A stretch of 64,000 nucleotides of DNA, taken from Spirochaetota bacterium. GTDB taxonomy: Bacteria > Spirochaetota > UBA4802 > UB4802. A model generated the notes under the pieces. The model searched no databases and was not told the origin of the DNA. It was given only the letters and a program-made list of their open reading frames with translations. The stretch covers positions 15,808-79,807 of the forward strand of contig JAOAIH010000004.1 of NCBI GenBank assembly GCA_026414805.1, read 5' to 3'. Positions 33,373 through 42,802 of the stretch are shown here, in pieces. The position numbers were made by a program, and so were the translations under genes. The stretch's first letter is position 1; each line of letters starts with the position of its first letter.

Positions 33373-36004
33373 TGATGAACTGCTTGATGATTGCATCAGG
33401 GCTGTATTCATGAGCACGCAATAATGACTGGTTTTTGAATAGATTGAGCAGAAGAGGGTTATCCAGAAGCTCTATTATTTTTTGACCCATTTCGGTTTCA
33501 TTTTTTACTAGATAACCATTTAAGCCATTGTTTATAATGTCTTTTGGTCCCTTTGTGTTATATGCAAGTACGGGCAACCCGCATGATAGCGCTTCTAGTA
33601 CAACACATCCAAACGTATCAAATCGTGAAGGTAATACCAGCATGTCAGCAGCCGAGTATATCTTTGGCAATTTTTCATGGTCAACCCAACCTAAAAAGAT
33701 TGCATCTGGCATAAGTTTTTTGAGTTCCTGTTCTTTTGGCCCAATACCTGCAAATGCAACCTTTGCATGAGGATGTTTTTGCTTAACAATCTCCATTACT
33801 TTTGGTATATCCATAACGCCTTTTTCTTCAGAAAGCCTACCAGCAAAAAGTATTACAGGTGTTGTGGCACTCACACCAAATATTTCTTCTTTACTTGTTT
33901 TGTAAGGTTTAAAAATTTCTTCAACCCAGTGTGCAGTCAAAAATACCTGTGAGGGATTAAATCCCATATCTTTTCCGGTTAGCCATTTGCGGTGATCATT
34001 GTTAAGGACAAATAATCCATCAAAACCTTTGTAAAAAGTACGAAGTAATCTTCGGAAATTATTGAGATTTTCGCCTGTTAATTTTAGTGTTTGTTCTGCA
34101 AACATCATCCAGTCTGTGTGTACATAAAAATACGCAGGCACTGAATATGCATATTTTAACCAAACTGCAGCCAACCCCATTGGCCCTTCAGTTGAGGCAA
34201 TAATCTTGCTGTATTCACCTTCTTTAAATATTTTGTGAATTTCCAAAATATCAGGAATTCGTAATGGTTGCTGTTCATAAAATGGAAGCGTAAATTCCTT
34301 CAAAGGCTGTATAACGATTAAGTGATCCTGTGGTTGAAGTGTGTTGCTGATAGTTAATATATCTATAGGTAGATCCCGTTTTTGGATTTCTTTGAGCATT
34401 GATTGTAGTACCATTGCCACACCGTTTGAGTCGGTAAATGTATCGGTGAGCCACAACGTACGTTCAGGGTGTTTGAGAGTGTTATGAACTTTTGCAAATT
34501 CGTACAGCAATGGACGAGCTTTATACATTACACGTGCGCTAGTAAAAAAGGCTGCTGCAATCACTGCTGATCCTAAAAATGGGAATGATAATTCATCAAA
34601 TAATTTTGGCAGATTGACTTTTGATAAACCATTGCCATTAGATTTTTCGTTGGGTTCAATGTATTTTCTAAAATGTGTAGGGATTTCTATGTCTTCAAAG
34701 AATGATTCAAATTCTTTTGATTTAAACCGTTCATCTTTAATAAAATCATTGATATGCTTATCAGCACGTTTCATGAGTAGTTGTAGTAATTCTTTATATA
34801 TTCCGTATATAGATTCTGTAAAGAATTCTATATCTTCTTTTTTTCTTGTTTTTGTGTAACGGGATAATTTATATGCTATATCAAAGACCTTTTTATAATC
34901 TCTGCTTACATAAAACCGTTTTGTTTTAGAAAATGTTTTTCCAATCAAGGACTGATGGAAGAGTTCAAGGAAGTTAAGTGTAGTTTTATGCCGTCGTAAT
35001 TCAAGAAAAGCGTTAGTTATGGCTAAAGCAGCTAATTTATCTTGCATATCTCCTTTATGCAGTAATATATGAGGAAGGCCAGGATCTTCCATGTTCATAG
35101 CTATCTGACAGAAGTAATCAATAAATGATATTGCCATCTTTTCGCTATCATTATGAGAACCAAAAGGTGCCATCGCACCTTGCTTAATTGCTTCAAGTGC
35201 CAGCATTGAACGGCTAACAGTTTTTAATCGTTCATTAAGATTTGGAATGTGCAAATAGACACCTGTGAGGCCTGTAAATATTCCCATGTGACTATCGGAC
35301 CCTCCAGACATAAACTTGTCATAAGGTCTTTTACAAAACCTATCAGGTTTTATTTTAAATTTTTGCGAAAGCTCATCTAATTTATCTTTGGTTAATGACT
35401 CGATCCATTGTTTCACCAGCATATTTTGCCAGCTATCGCGTTGACCATTGATGACTTCAAATCGTTCAAACAGAAGAGCCATTTTATCGAAGAATTCCAT
35501 AGGTGGAATTCCTTTTGATTTGTAGTGATAGAGTGGATGAGCCCATATTGTGGGGAGGTCCTGCTCTAGTGTGTAATCTAAAAATTTATATATATCATTG
35601 CGGTATTTATTAAGCTTGATTTCCTGTTGGGGCGTAAACCCATACGTAAGAACATGGATACCAACTTTGTAATCGGGAACGGTACAACTAAACTCAGCAC
35701 CAACGAGCACGTCTACTCCTTTTTCTAAAAGCTGGTAGCATGAGCGTGCATTGTTGTGATTTGTTATAGTAAATGTGTCACAACCGTGAATTTTTAATGT
35801 GGAAATGAGTTCCTGTGTTGGCAACCATGTTTCGGGTATTCCTAATATTCTACCTAATTGCTCATCGGGTACATTGCTGTTGTAGTCATGGCAATGCAGG
35901 TCTATGGTTAATATTTCATTGGCAGGGTAGCGATTTTTTTGTTCATTGACAAAAGAATTAAGCAGTGAAGTAATCTGTTGGCTAAATGTTGCTTTTGACG
36001 TCAT
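33350..36004 (-). CDS. Fusion protein: N-terminal PHP-domain phosphoesterase plus C-terminal GT4 (GT-B) glycosyltransferase
   Basis: 884 aa. PHP motifs IDLHCHDYNSN...HNNARSC...GAEFS in residues 1-250. Central region (~250-500) of unknown function. C-terminal GT4 signature GRLSEEKGV...VLPSRFDTFGCVVLEALSCGLPVLAYNTKGPKDII. Lies immediately upstream of the GH13 gene on the same strand. Confidence 0.75.
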   Translation of the reverse strand: MTSKATFSQQITSLLNSFVNEQKNRYPANEILTIDLHCHDYNSNVPDEQLGRILGIPETWLPTQELISTLKIHGCDTFTITNHNNARSCYQLLEKGVDVLVGAEFSCTVPDYKVGIHVLTYGFTPQQEIKLNKYRNDIYKFLDYTLEQDLPTIWAHPLYHYKSKGIPPMEFFDKMALLFERFEVINGQRDSWQNMLVKQWIESLTKDKLDELSQKFKIKPDRFCKRPYDKFMSGGSDSHMGIFTGLTGVYLHIPNLNERLKTVSRSMLALEAIKQGAMAPFGSHNDSEKMAISFIDYFCQIAMNMEDPGLPHILLHKGDMQDKLAALAITNAFLELRRHKTTLNFLELFHQSLIGKTFSKTKRFYVSRDYKKVFDIAYKLSRYTKTRKKEDIEFFTESIYGIYKELLQLLMKRADKHINDFIKDERFKSKEFESFFEDIEIPTHFRKYIEPNEKSNGNGLSKVNLPKLFDELSFPFLGSAVIAAAFFTSARVMYKARPLLYEFAKVHNTLKHPERTLWLTDTFTDSNGVAMVLQSMLKEIQKRDLPIDILTISNTLQPQDHLIVIQPLKEFTLPFYEQQPLRIPDILEIHKIFKEGEYSKIIASTEGPMGLAAVWLKYAYSVPAYFYVHTDWMMFAEQTLKLTGENLNNFRRLLRTFYKGFDGLFVLNNDHRKWLTGKDMGFNPSQVFLTAHWVEEIFKPYKTSKEEIFGVSATTPVILFAGRLSEEKGVMDIPKVMEIVKQKHPHAKVAFAGIGPKEQELKKLMPDAIFLGWVDHEKLPKIYSAADMLVLPSRFDTFGCVVLEALSCGLPVLAYNTKGPKDIINNGLNGYLVKNETEMGQKIIELLDNPLLLNLFKNQSLLRAHEYSPDAIIKQFINDLNTAA

Positions 36005-36157
36005 ATTTCCTCTTTTAATGTAAAAATACTATAAAGTTATCAATAACAAGATGTCTTTAAGGTATAAAGATTTTATAAAGTTTGTATATAATTGTAATAA
36101 ATAAGGCTTGATTAAAAGTATATATGTGTTCTATATTTTACTATATTATAAAAAATA

Positions 36158-36649
36158 ATGGCGGGGTACATAATGAATGCTGAAACCACAACGTGTATTT
36201 CAATTCAAAATTATGGAATACTTAAGGAGCTTTGCAGAAAATATAAAATATCTTATTCAAGAGCAGTAGTGTTGATGGTTAAATATGCTACCGAAAATAA
36301 AAAATTATCAATAATAAGTAACAGAAACGTTAAATATAGAGATAAGAATGTTGCAGTATGGAGAAGGATTCATATACAGCTAACTCCTAATGAATATGAA
36401 TTTTTGATGGATGTTAAGAAGATCTGGAAGATGTCTGTGGCGAAGATGATTGAGTTTTGTCTTGAAACTATTCTTCTTGAATTAGTGGAAAATGTTCTAG
36501 AAAAAAATAGAACCGATAACTATCTATATAATAACTATCATTTTGAAATTGGTGAGGTAGAAGGTATTACATATTACCAGATCTACTGGGGGTTACCCAC
36601 AAAAATCCTCACACAAATACTAAAAAAACCATCATATACCCTCACATAA
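36158..36649 (+). CDS. Hypothetical protein with two tandem ribbon-helix-helix-like units
   Basis: 163 aa. Two similar segments (ISIQNYGILKELCRKYKISYSRAVVLMVKYA and IHIQLTPNEYEFLMDVKKIWKMSVAKMIEFCLE) each show the strand-helix-helix pattern of RHH/CopG-like proteins. Confidence 0.45.
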   Translation: MAGYIMNAETTTCISIQNYGILKELCRKYKISYSRAVVLMVKYATENKKLSIISNRNVKYRDKNVAVWRRIHIQLTPNEYEFLMDVKKIWKMSVAKMIEFCLETILLELVENVLEKNRTDNYLYNNYHFEIGEVEGITYYQIYWGLPTKILTQILKKPSYTLT

Positions 36650-36741
36650 ACTTAAAAAGTAGTAATTATTGTTGCTTGACGTGTGATACATGTATACAGT
36701 ATAGTTGTACCATTGAAAATACTATCCTGGATGTGAATAAT

Positions 36742-36954
36742 ATGAAAGTTAGACAAATATTAACTTTATTTATATTGTTGCTTTTTCTTATAATTATTTT
36801 GCAAAACACCCAGCCAGTATCGTTTACAGTATTTGTATGGGATATAACGCTGCCACTGATCGTAATGTTGTTAACTGTATTTATAGCGGGCTTAATTATT
36901 GGCACCCTGTTTGGCACATCTGGTAAAAGAAGAAAAAATATAACAAAACTGTAA
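36742..36954 (+). CDS. Small membrane protein, LapA-like (DUF1049)
   Basis: 71 aa, MKVRQILTLFILLLFLIIILQNTQP...IAGLIIGTLFG. Start chosen at the internal Met of track ORF 36676..36954. Confidence 0.5.
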   Translation: MKVRQILTLFILLLFLIIILQNTQPVSFTVFVWDITLPLIVMLLTVFIAGLIIGTLFGTSGKRRKNITKL

Positions 36955-36965
36955 AAAGGGACATT

Positions 36966-37202
36966 ATGAATACTGGTGTATTACTCACAATTATTGCAAT
37001 TATAAGTTTTATCATTCTCATATACATGTTTATTAAACAGCTTTTGAAGCTTATCACCATACTTGTTGCCATGTTTATTATTTTTGCGGGGTATATATAT
37101 ATAAAAAATGGTTCGCTTCCCAAAAACCTCAATGGATATATTGATGAAGGTAAAATTGCCGTTGACCAGCTGCATCAGTCATATGAAAAGTTGATTAAAT
37201 AA
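36966..37202 (+). CDS. Hypothetical small protein with two transmembrane helices
   Basis: 78 aa, with two hydrophobic helices. Confidence 0.4.
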   Translation: MNTGVLLTIIAIISFIILIYMFIKQLLKLITILVAMFIIFAGYIYIKNGSLPKNLNGYIDEGKIAVDQLHQSYEKLIK

Positions 37203-37341
37203 CAAAAATAAATGTTTATTTTGAAATCAGTTGTATTCCATGAGCTATCGTACAAAAAATAAAAAAATTTTCACTTGAAAATTTGCATTGCTATTCATAG
37301 TATTGAGAAAATAGGCTAAAATTGTAATTAAGGATGCCAAA

Positions 37342-37806
37342 ATGAAAACGCAAACAAAAGATACCGCATTAAATAGCATGCAGATCGTATGCTTTAATAT
37401 AGGCAAGGAAGAATATGGAATAGAAATATTGAAGGTGCAGGAAATACTAAAGCTTCCCGCAGTAACACCCTTGCCAAAATCTGCTGATTATATTATGGGA
37501 GTCATTGATTTGCGCGGCAAGGTTATCCCCATTGTTGATTTAGGGGTGCGCTTTGGAATTTCTGAAAAAAGCACAAAAAACAAACGTGCAATCGTTGTTG
37601 ATATTAAAGGCAAGCGTATAGGGCTTGCAATAGATCAAGTAAGTCATGTCATTAAACTGGAGCAAAAAGACATTGAACCACCGCCACCAATTGTAAAAGG
37701 CATATCAGGCAGGTTTATCATTGGAATAGGGAAAGTTGAAAATAAATTTGTGATTATTCTTGATATAGACCAAATATTTTCTTCAGAAGAATTAAAGCAG
37801 CTATAA
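37342..37806 (+). CDS. cheW: Chemotaxis coupling protein CheW
   Basis: 154 aa. CheW domain (IVCFNIGKEEYGIEILKVQEIL...VIDLRGKVIPIVDL). Confidence 0.9.
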   Translation: MKTQTKDTALNSMQIVCFNIGKEEYGIEILKVQEILKLPAVTPLPKSADYIMGVIDLRGKVIPIVDLGVRFGISEKSTKNKRAIVVDIKGKRIGLAIDQVSHVIKLEQKDIEPPPPIVKGISGRFIIGIGKVENKFVIILDIDQIFSSEELKQL

Positions 37807-38964
37807 TTTTTTCTGTTTATAGTATTCCTTTAGCGCTTCTTCCATTATAAGGTATAAAGGTTTTTTGATTTTTGCTGCCACCTTTTTACAATCCTCATAT
37901 TCAGGTTTAGGCGATAGCTCATTATAACGATAACTTTGCTTAATACGGATTTGTTCACCGTAAAGGGTAATCGTTGCAATATCCCGTGGTAAAAAGTGGC
38001 GACTAACAGTATATTCCCTGACTCCCAATGTTGTCGTTTGAGAAAAAATAATCTGTGTGCACTGTTTTACAGCTGAAAAAGGGCAAAGTACTGAAAGTAC
38101 CACACCAGGTCGCCCTTTTTTCATGATAACCTGTTGCATATATACATCTAACGCTCCCTCGCTAAAAAGCAGATCATATACATACGGATAAATTTCAGGA
38201 TTCATATCATCAATGGTGCATTCCAGCACGCACAAAAGTTGGTGTTGACTATCTGTATCATCTAGAAGCATAACCCGCGTATAACTTGGGAAACCATAAT
38301 CGCGTGTACCAAACCCTATGCCAGTTGCAGAAATCATACCTCCAAACTGTAGTTGCTGTTTACCTAAGGTTGTAAGTATAGCAGCAGCAGTTGGTGTTGT
38401 CAGTTCACCTACTTTTCCGGTGAATATAACCTGTTTCCCTTCTGTCAGCTTGACAGTTGCAGGGGCAGGTAATGGGATTGTTCCGTGTTGTGTGGATATA
38501 GTACCGGTGCCACATGCAAATGCGCTGTAGTACAATACATCGATTTGTAGGTATTCAATGCCAATACAAAAAGAAAGTATATCTACAATACTATCAATGG
38601 CACCCACCTCATGAAAATGTACTTTCTCCTTTGGTATGCCATGCACTGCAGCCTCAGCTGTGGCTAATGCATCAAATATTTTAATTGCATTGTTTTTAAC
38701 AAAGTCAGAACATGTTGTTGATGAAATAATTGCATCAATTGCTTCAAGGTTTCTATGTGTTGTATCAACTTTAGCTTTAATTCCAGCTTGAATGCCGCTA
38801 ATTCCATGCCGCACAATTTTTTCAGGAGCTATCTCAAAACCTTTAATGGGTAATGATTGTAATTGTGTAGTAATAACTTCAACCGGTAGCCCAACATCAA
38901 TGAGTGCGCCCACAAGCATATCACCGGATGCTCCCAGTTGAATATCGCAATAAAGTATTTTCAT
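37801..38964 (-). CDS. larC: LarC-family protein (DUF111; nickel insertase of the nickel-pincer nucleotide cofactor pathway)
   Basis: 387 aa. N-terminus MKILYCDIQLGASGDMLVGALIDVG matches the LarC/UPF0272 family. Confidence 0.75.
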   Translation of the reverse strand: MKILYCDIQLGASGDMLVGALIDVGLPVEVITTQLQSLPIKGFEIAPEKIVRHGISGIQAGIKAKVDTTHRNLEAIDAIISSTTCSDFVKNNAIKIFDALATAEAAVHGIPKEKVHFHEVGAIDSIVDILSFCIGIEYLQIDVLYYSAFACGTGTISTQHGTIPLPAPATVKLTEGKQVIFTGKVGELTTPTAAAILTTLGKQQLQFGGMISATGIGFGTRDYGFPSYTRVMLLDDTDSQHQLLCVLECTIDDMNPEIYPYVYDLLFSEGALDVYMQQVIMKKGRPGVVLSVLCPFSAVKQCTQIIFSQTTTLGVREYTVSRHFLPRDIATITLYGEQIRIKQSYRYNELSPKPEYEDCKKVAAKIKKPLYLIMEEALKEYYKQKKL

Positions 38965-38973
38965 GATACTATC

Positions 38974-39723
38974 CTACAAATTCCGTATAATACGGTATGC
39001 ACAGTACACAGCACCAAATCCATTATCTATATTGACCACACTTACCCCTGGTGCACAGGAGTTGAGCATACCTAAAAGTGCTGCAATACCACCAAATGAT
39101 GCACCATACCCAACTGAAGTGGGCACAGCAATGACGGGGCAGGGCACCAGCCCGCCAATAACGCTAGGCAGTGCGCCTTCCATTCCGGCAATAACAATTA
39201 TAACAGTTGCATCATGAATATGTTCCCAGTTATGGAAAACTCTATGAATACCTGCAACCCCAATATCATAAATAGTTTCAACATTAAGCCCCATTATACG
39301 TGCGGTTTCTTTTGCTTCTTCAGCTACGGGAATATCTGATGTTCCTGCTGTGATGATTAAAAGCTTGTGAGGTTTATGGTGGGGTTTTTGTATGCAGTAT
39401 GAAATGACTCTACCTGCTTCATTGTAGTGTGCTTTTTTAATATATCGTTTTACAGCAGTAAAATGTTCTTTTGTTGCCCGTGTACCCAGAAAATTTGTCT
39501 TACGTTTAACCATAGACTGTGCAATATCGGCTACCTGTTTTGGAGTTTTATTCTGGCAAAAAATAACTTCAGGGAAGCCAAGCCTGGTTTGCCGGTGATG
39601 GTCAAGTGTGGTGTGGCCTAATTGTTCAATTGTAAGGTGCGATAGCTCCTGTAGAAAATCTTCTTCAGAAATGAGCCCATTTTTAAAGCGATGCAGTAAA
39701 TCTTTAATTGCAGAGTGGCTCAT
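38974..39723 (-). CDS. larB: LarB-like PurE-fold carboxylase/hydrolase (nickel-pincer cofactor biosynthesis)
   Basis: 249 aa. PurE-like core IITAGTSDIPVAEEAKETARIMGLNVETIYDIGVAGIHR and a C-terminal NCAPGVSVVNIDNGFGA. Confidence 0.75.
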   Translation of the reverse strand: MSHSAIKDLLHRFKNGLISEEDFLQELSHLTIEQLGHTTLDHHRQTRLGFPEVIFCQNKTPKQVADIAQSMVKRKTNFLGTRATKEHFTAVKRYIKKAHYNEAGRVISYCIQKPHHKPHKLLIITAGTSDIPVAEEAKETARIMGLNVETIYDIGVAGIHRVFHNWEHIHDATVIIVIAGMEGALPSVIGGLVPCPVIAVPTSVGYGASFGGIAALLGMLNSCAPGVSVVNIDNGFGAVYCAYRIIRNL

Positions 39724-39726
39724 AGG

Positions 39727-40953
39727 TTAATATGCAGCAATAAGGATAGTTTCAACTTCATCACGGTTAAGCACCCGCGGTGCATTTTGAATAAATGGGT
39801 AGGAAAGTGTAATTTCAGCTACCTTAGAGAAAATAGCCTTATTTATATCAAATTGCGACAGTCGCTGTGGGATGTCAACATCAAGAGCCAGTTTTCTTAC
39901 ACCTTCCACAGCTTTAATTGCAGCTTCAATGACAGTAATATCCCGTACATCTTCGTCCATGACTTTTGACATCTGAACATATTTAGCAGGTGTTGATGTT
40001 AAATTGTATTCCATGATATGCGGTAACATAACAGCCATATAAGAAGCTATATCAATATGTGTCAACGAAGAAAGTGCCAGTGACAATGCAAGGGATACAG
40101 AAAGTTGAGCACTACTGAATGCAATTCCGGCCATTAGTGAAGCCATCATCATATTGAGGCGGGCGGTTTCATTATCACTTTCGCGAAGTGCTGCGGGTAA
40201 ATTTTTGAAAATCAAGTCTATGGTTCTCAATGAAAGGGTGTTCGTGATATTATTAATGTTTTTGGAAATAACAGATTCTATTGCTATGGCCAGCGTTGCT
40301 ATGCTATACCTTGCTATTGTTTCTTCATCAATACCAAAGGACATCCCCGGGTCAAGGATGACTGCTTTTGGAAAAATATAATTGTGAAAAAATGTTTTAT
40401 GTATGCCGTCATGGATATCGGTTAGTATTGTACAGGGAGTTATGTCAAATCCAAAGAGAGGGTGGACAGGGATACTTATAAATGGGACAGATTCATGAAG
40501 ATACGGGTAAGTGAAAAGTTCATGTGCAAAAAAATAATTGGATGTCAAAAGGGCAACTGCTTTTGCTGCATTAATTGAATGGATACCACCAAAACCTATA
40601 ACAAGATCACAATGGGTTTTTCGGGCAAAATAGACCGCAGTATCAATATAATCAGTGTTGTTTTCAGGAATTTCATCATAAATTATAAAAGGAATATTGT
40701 TGTTTTGCAGGTTTCTGGCAATGGGCATAAAAAGATGGTTGTACTGGTTAAAATCTATGGAACTGGTAATAAAAAGTACCCGTGAGCCAAAAAGCTTTAT
40801 AATTGAGGGAAGCAGCGTCACACTGTCAGGCTGTGCATATACAGCTGTTGGAATATAGAGGTCAGGCCATATACCTTCAATGGTTTGCCCATACGTTTTA
40901 GACATAAAAAAGCGGAATCCTGATTCCGCCTTTCTGTCAATTATGCCGGCCAT
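39727..40953 (-). CDS. Iron-containing alcohol dehydrogenase (Fe-ADH / DHQS-like superfamily) family protein
   Basis: 408 aa. N-terminal RVLFITS...IIYDEIPENNTDYIDTAVYFARKTHCDLVIGFGGIHSINAAKAVA (GGGS-like loop), AVILDPGM, and the histidine pair ...LTHID...LPHI. Its stop lies 4 nt before the larB start. Confidence 0.65.
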   Translation of the reverse strand: MAGIIDRKAESGFRFFMSKTYGQTIEGIWPDLYIPTAVYAQPDSVTLLPSIIKLFGSRVLFITSSIDFNQYNHLFMPIARNLQNNNIPFIIYDEIPENNTDYIDTAVYFARKTHCDLVIGFGGIHSINAAKAVALLTSNYFFAHELFTYPYLHESVPFISIPVHPLFGFDITPCTILTDIHDGIHKTFFHNYIFPKAVILDPGMSFGIDEETIARYSIATLAIAIESVISKNINNITNTLSLRTIDLIFKNLPAALRESDNETARLNMMMASLMAGIAFSSAQLSVSLALSLALSSLTHIDIASYMAVMLPHIMEYNLTSTPAKYVQMSKVMDEDVRDITVIEAAIKAVEGVRKLALDVDIPQRLSQFDINKAIFSKVAEITLSYPFIQNAPRVLNRDEVETILIAAY

Positions 40954-40977
40954 TAATATAACCTTTAATGGATGTTT

Positions 40978-41280
40978 CTATTTTCGTAAAAGCTGCATTG
41001 CAATTTTTTCGGCAACTTTATCTATAATGCGGTCATCATTGAAATCATAAGTACCATTGGCAATCTGTTCTTTAAGTTCTCGTACTCGTTCAGCTCTAAT
41101 ATCGGGTGTTTGTTTGACAACCTGGGCAATTTTTGACTGTTCGGCAGCTTTCTTTGCTTCGCTGGAAATTTCAACCGAGTCAGATTTACCAGTAGATTTT
41201 GCTTTCCCTACTGATTTAGTATTTTTAGGTTCAACAATATTTTTAATATTACCTATTTTATCTATAACCATTGCAATCAC
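40978..41280 (-). CDS. flgM: Anti-sigma-28 factor FlgM
   Basis: 100 aa. C-terminal FlgM signature IRAERVRELKEQIANGTYDFNDDRIIDKVAEKI. Confidence 0.8.
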   Translation of the reverse strand: MIAMVIDKIGNIKNIVEPKNTKSVGKAKSTGKSDSVEISSEAKKAAEQSKIAQVVKQTPDIRAERVRELKEQIANGTYDFNDDRIIDKVAEKIAMQLLRK

Positions 41281-41534
41281 CCTCTTTTAATCTATAGTAA
41301 CTATCGGCACCTATTTGTCAAATCTTAATTTATTATTTAGTAATTGTTGTAAATATAATCAATAATTAAATCTAATTAATAGTATAGTGTAATGTAGGTA
41401 AATTGCAATACAATTTTAAAAAAATCTATGAAAATTTGATTGCTTGAATTACCACTAACTATCGCCATTTATAATTACTCCACTTTTTTTATATTGAAAG
41501 ATTTAAGATTTTTTTACTTTGCTCAGAATGACAT

Positions 41535-42743
41535 TTAAAGGCTTTTATTGTCACTACATAAATTTTCAAATTCCTTTAAAAAGTTTATATAATGTGTGAA
41601 TCGAACGTTGTGGATTGTAATATCCTCTTTCCCCTGGTATAGTACAGTACCTTGTATGTGAGTGTGAGGGTTATAGTTTTTGAATTGTTGTATTAGTTTT
41701 GCAATCTTTTCTGCAAAAAGCGGTTTAGGTGTGGAAGTTAATTTTATTTCCAGTAAATATATGGTTTTATTACGTAGATCTTCAATTATACAATCAATTT
41801 CGTTTCCAGTATTGTCTCTAAGGTAAAATATTTTAATATGCGCATTATGGTGTAATATTATTTTATTCAATTCAGCTATGATGTAATTTTCAAAAATTGT
41901 ACCTGCTAATGGTCCTTTTTGCAATAGTTCAAGTGTATATATACCAGTTAAATAGCACACAACACCAGTGTCATAAAAATATACTTTTGGCCGTTTTACA
42001 ATTCGTTTGCCTATGTTGTTATAATATGGCAAGACAGTAAATAGTACATAACTTGCTTCAAGTACTGATATCCAGGATTTAATGGTTTTCACTGTAACAC
42101 CAATGTCATTGGCTAAACGGTTCATATTCAGTTCCTGCGCAGTTTGGGAAGCAAGAAGTGATAGAAGTCGTTGAAAATCTTTTAGATTGCCAATATTAAA
42201 AAGTGACCTTACATCACGTTCTAAATAATTAGTAATATATGCAGCGTACCATTCATGTACACCGTGATATTTTCGCACTACATTTTCAGGGTAGCTTCCA
42301 TATATAATCTGATGTTTTTGTAATAGATGAGGTATTTCAGAATATTGAAAAGGCAGCAAAGTCAAAAGTCCTATTCTTCCAGCTAATGATTCTGTTATAT
42401 TTTTCAGCATGGTAAACTGACTTGATCCAGTCAGTATAAAATTGCCATATTCAAAACGATTATCATCTATGCACAATTTAATATAATTAAAAATATCAGG
42501 TACTTTTTGCACCTCGTCAAAAATTATGTGATTGTTAAATTCCTTAAAAAAACCTTTAGGATCAACCAAGAAGCGTTCACGAATAATTGGATCGTCAAAT
42601 GTAACATAACGATAAGTATGTGAATATTGTTGTTTCAACATAGTAGATTTTCCAGACTGCCGTGGTCCACATACAGCAACTGCAGGGAAAATTGATAAAT
42701 ACTGGGATAATGTTTTTTCTAATGTTCTGTGGTAATATTTCAT
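41535..42743 (-). CDS. AAA-family ATPase with a DUF4143 C-terminal domain
   Basis: 402 aa. Walker A GPRQSGKST. The architecture is typical of the widespread AAA_14/DUF4143 family. Confidence 0.7.
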   Translation of the reverse strand: MKYYHRTLEKTLSQYLSIFPAVAVCGPRQSGKSTMLKQQYSHTYRYVTFDDPIIRERFLVDPKGFFKEFNNHIIFDEVQKVPDIFNYIKLCIDDNRFEYGNFILTGSSQFTMLKNITESLAGRIGLLTLLPFQYSEIPHLLQKHQIIYGSYPENVVRKYHGVHEWYAAYITNYLERDVRSLFNIGNLKDFQRLLSLLASQTAQELNMNRLANDIGVTVKTIKSWISVLEASYVLFTVLPYYNNIGKRIVKRPKVYFYDTGVVCYLTGIYTLELLQKGPLAGTIFENYIIAELNKIILHHNAHIKIFYLRDNTGNEIDCIIEDLRNKTIYLLEIKLTSTPKPLFAEKIAKLIQQFKNYNPHTHIQGTVLYQGKEDITIHNVRFTHYINFLKEFENLCSDNKSL

Positions 42744-42802
42744 AGATAAAATATAATTTTACAAATTTATACTGTCAAGATAAATTTGTAAAAAATAATT
42801 GT

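Noticed and set aside
37300-37341. Sigma-28-type promoter (TAAA-N15-GCCGATAA) upstream of cheW
   Set aside because: Only a weak resemblance (CTAAA...GCCAAAAT), and it abuts the start codon. Not convincing.
41517-41534. Exact 18-bp repeat CTTTGCTCAGAATGACAT, also found at 60503-60520
   Set aside because: A single exact 18-mer pair in 128 kb of AT-biased sequence is only borderline significant. The flanks are unrelated, and no second copy of an element, insertion sequence or tRNA is attached. Noted but not called as a feature.
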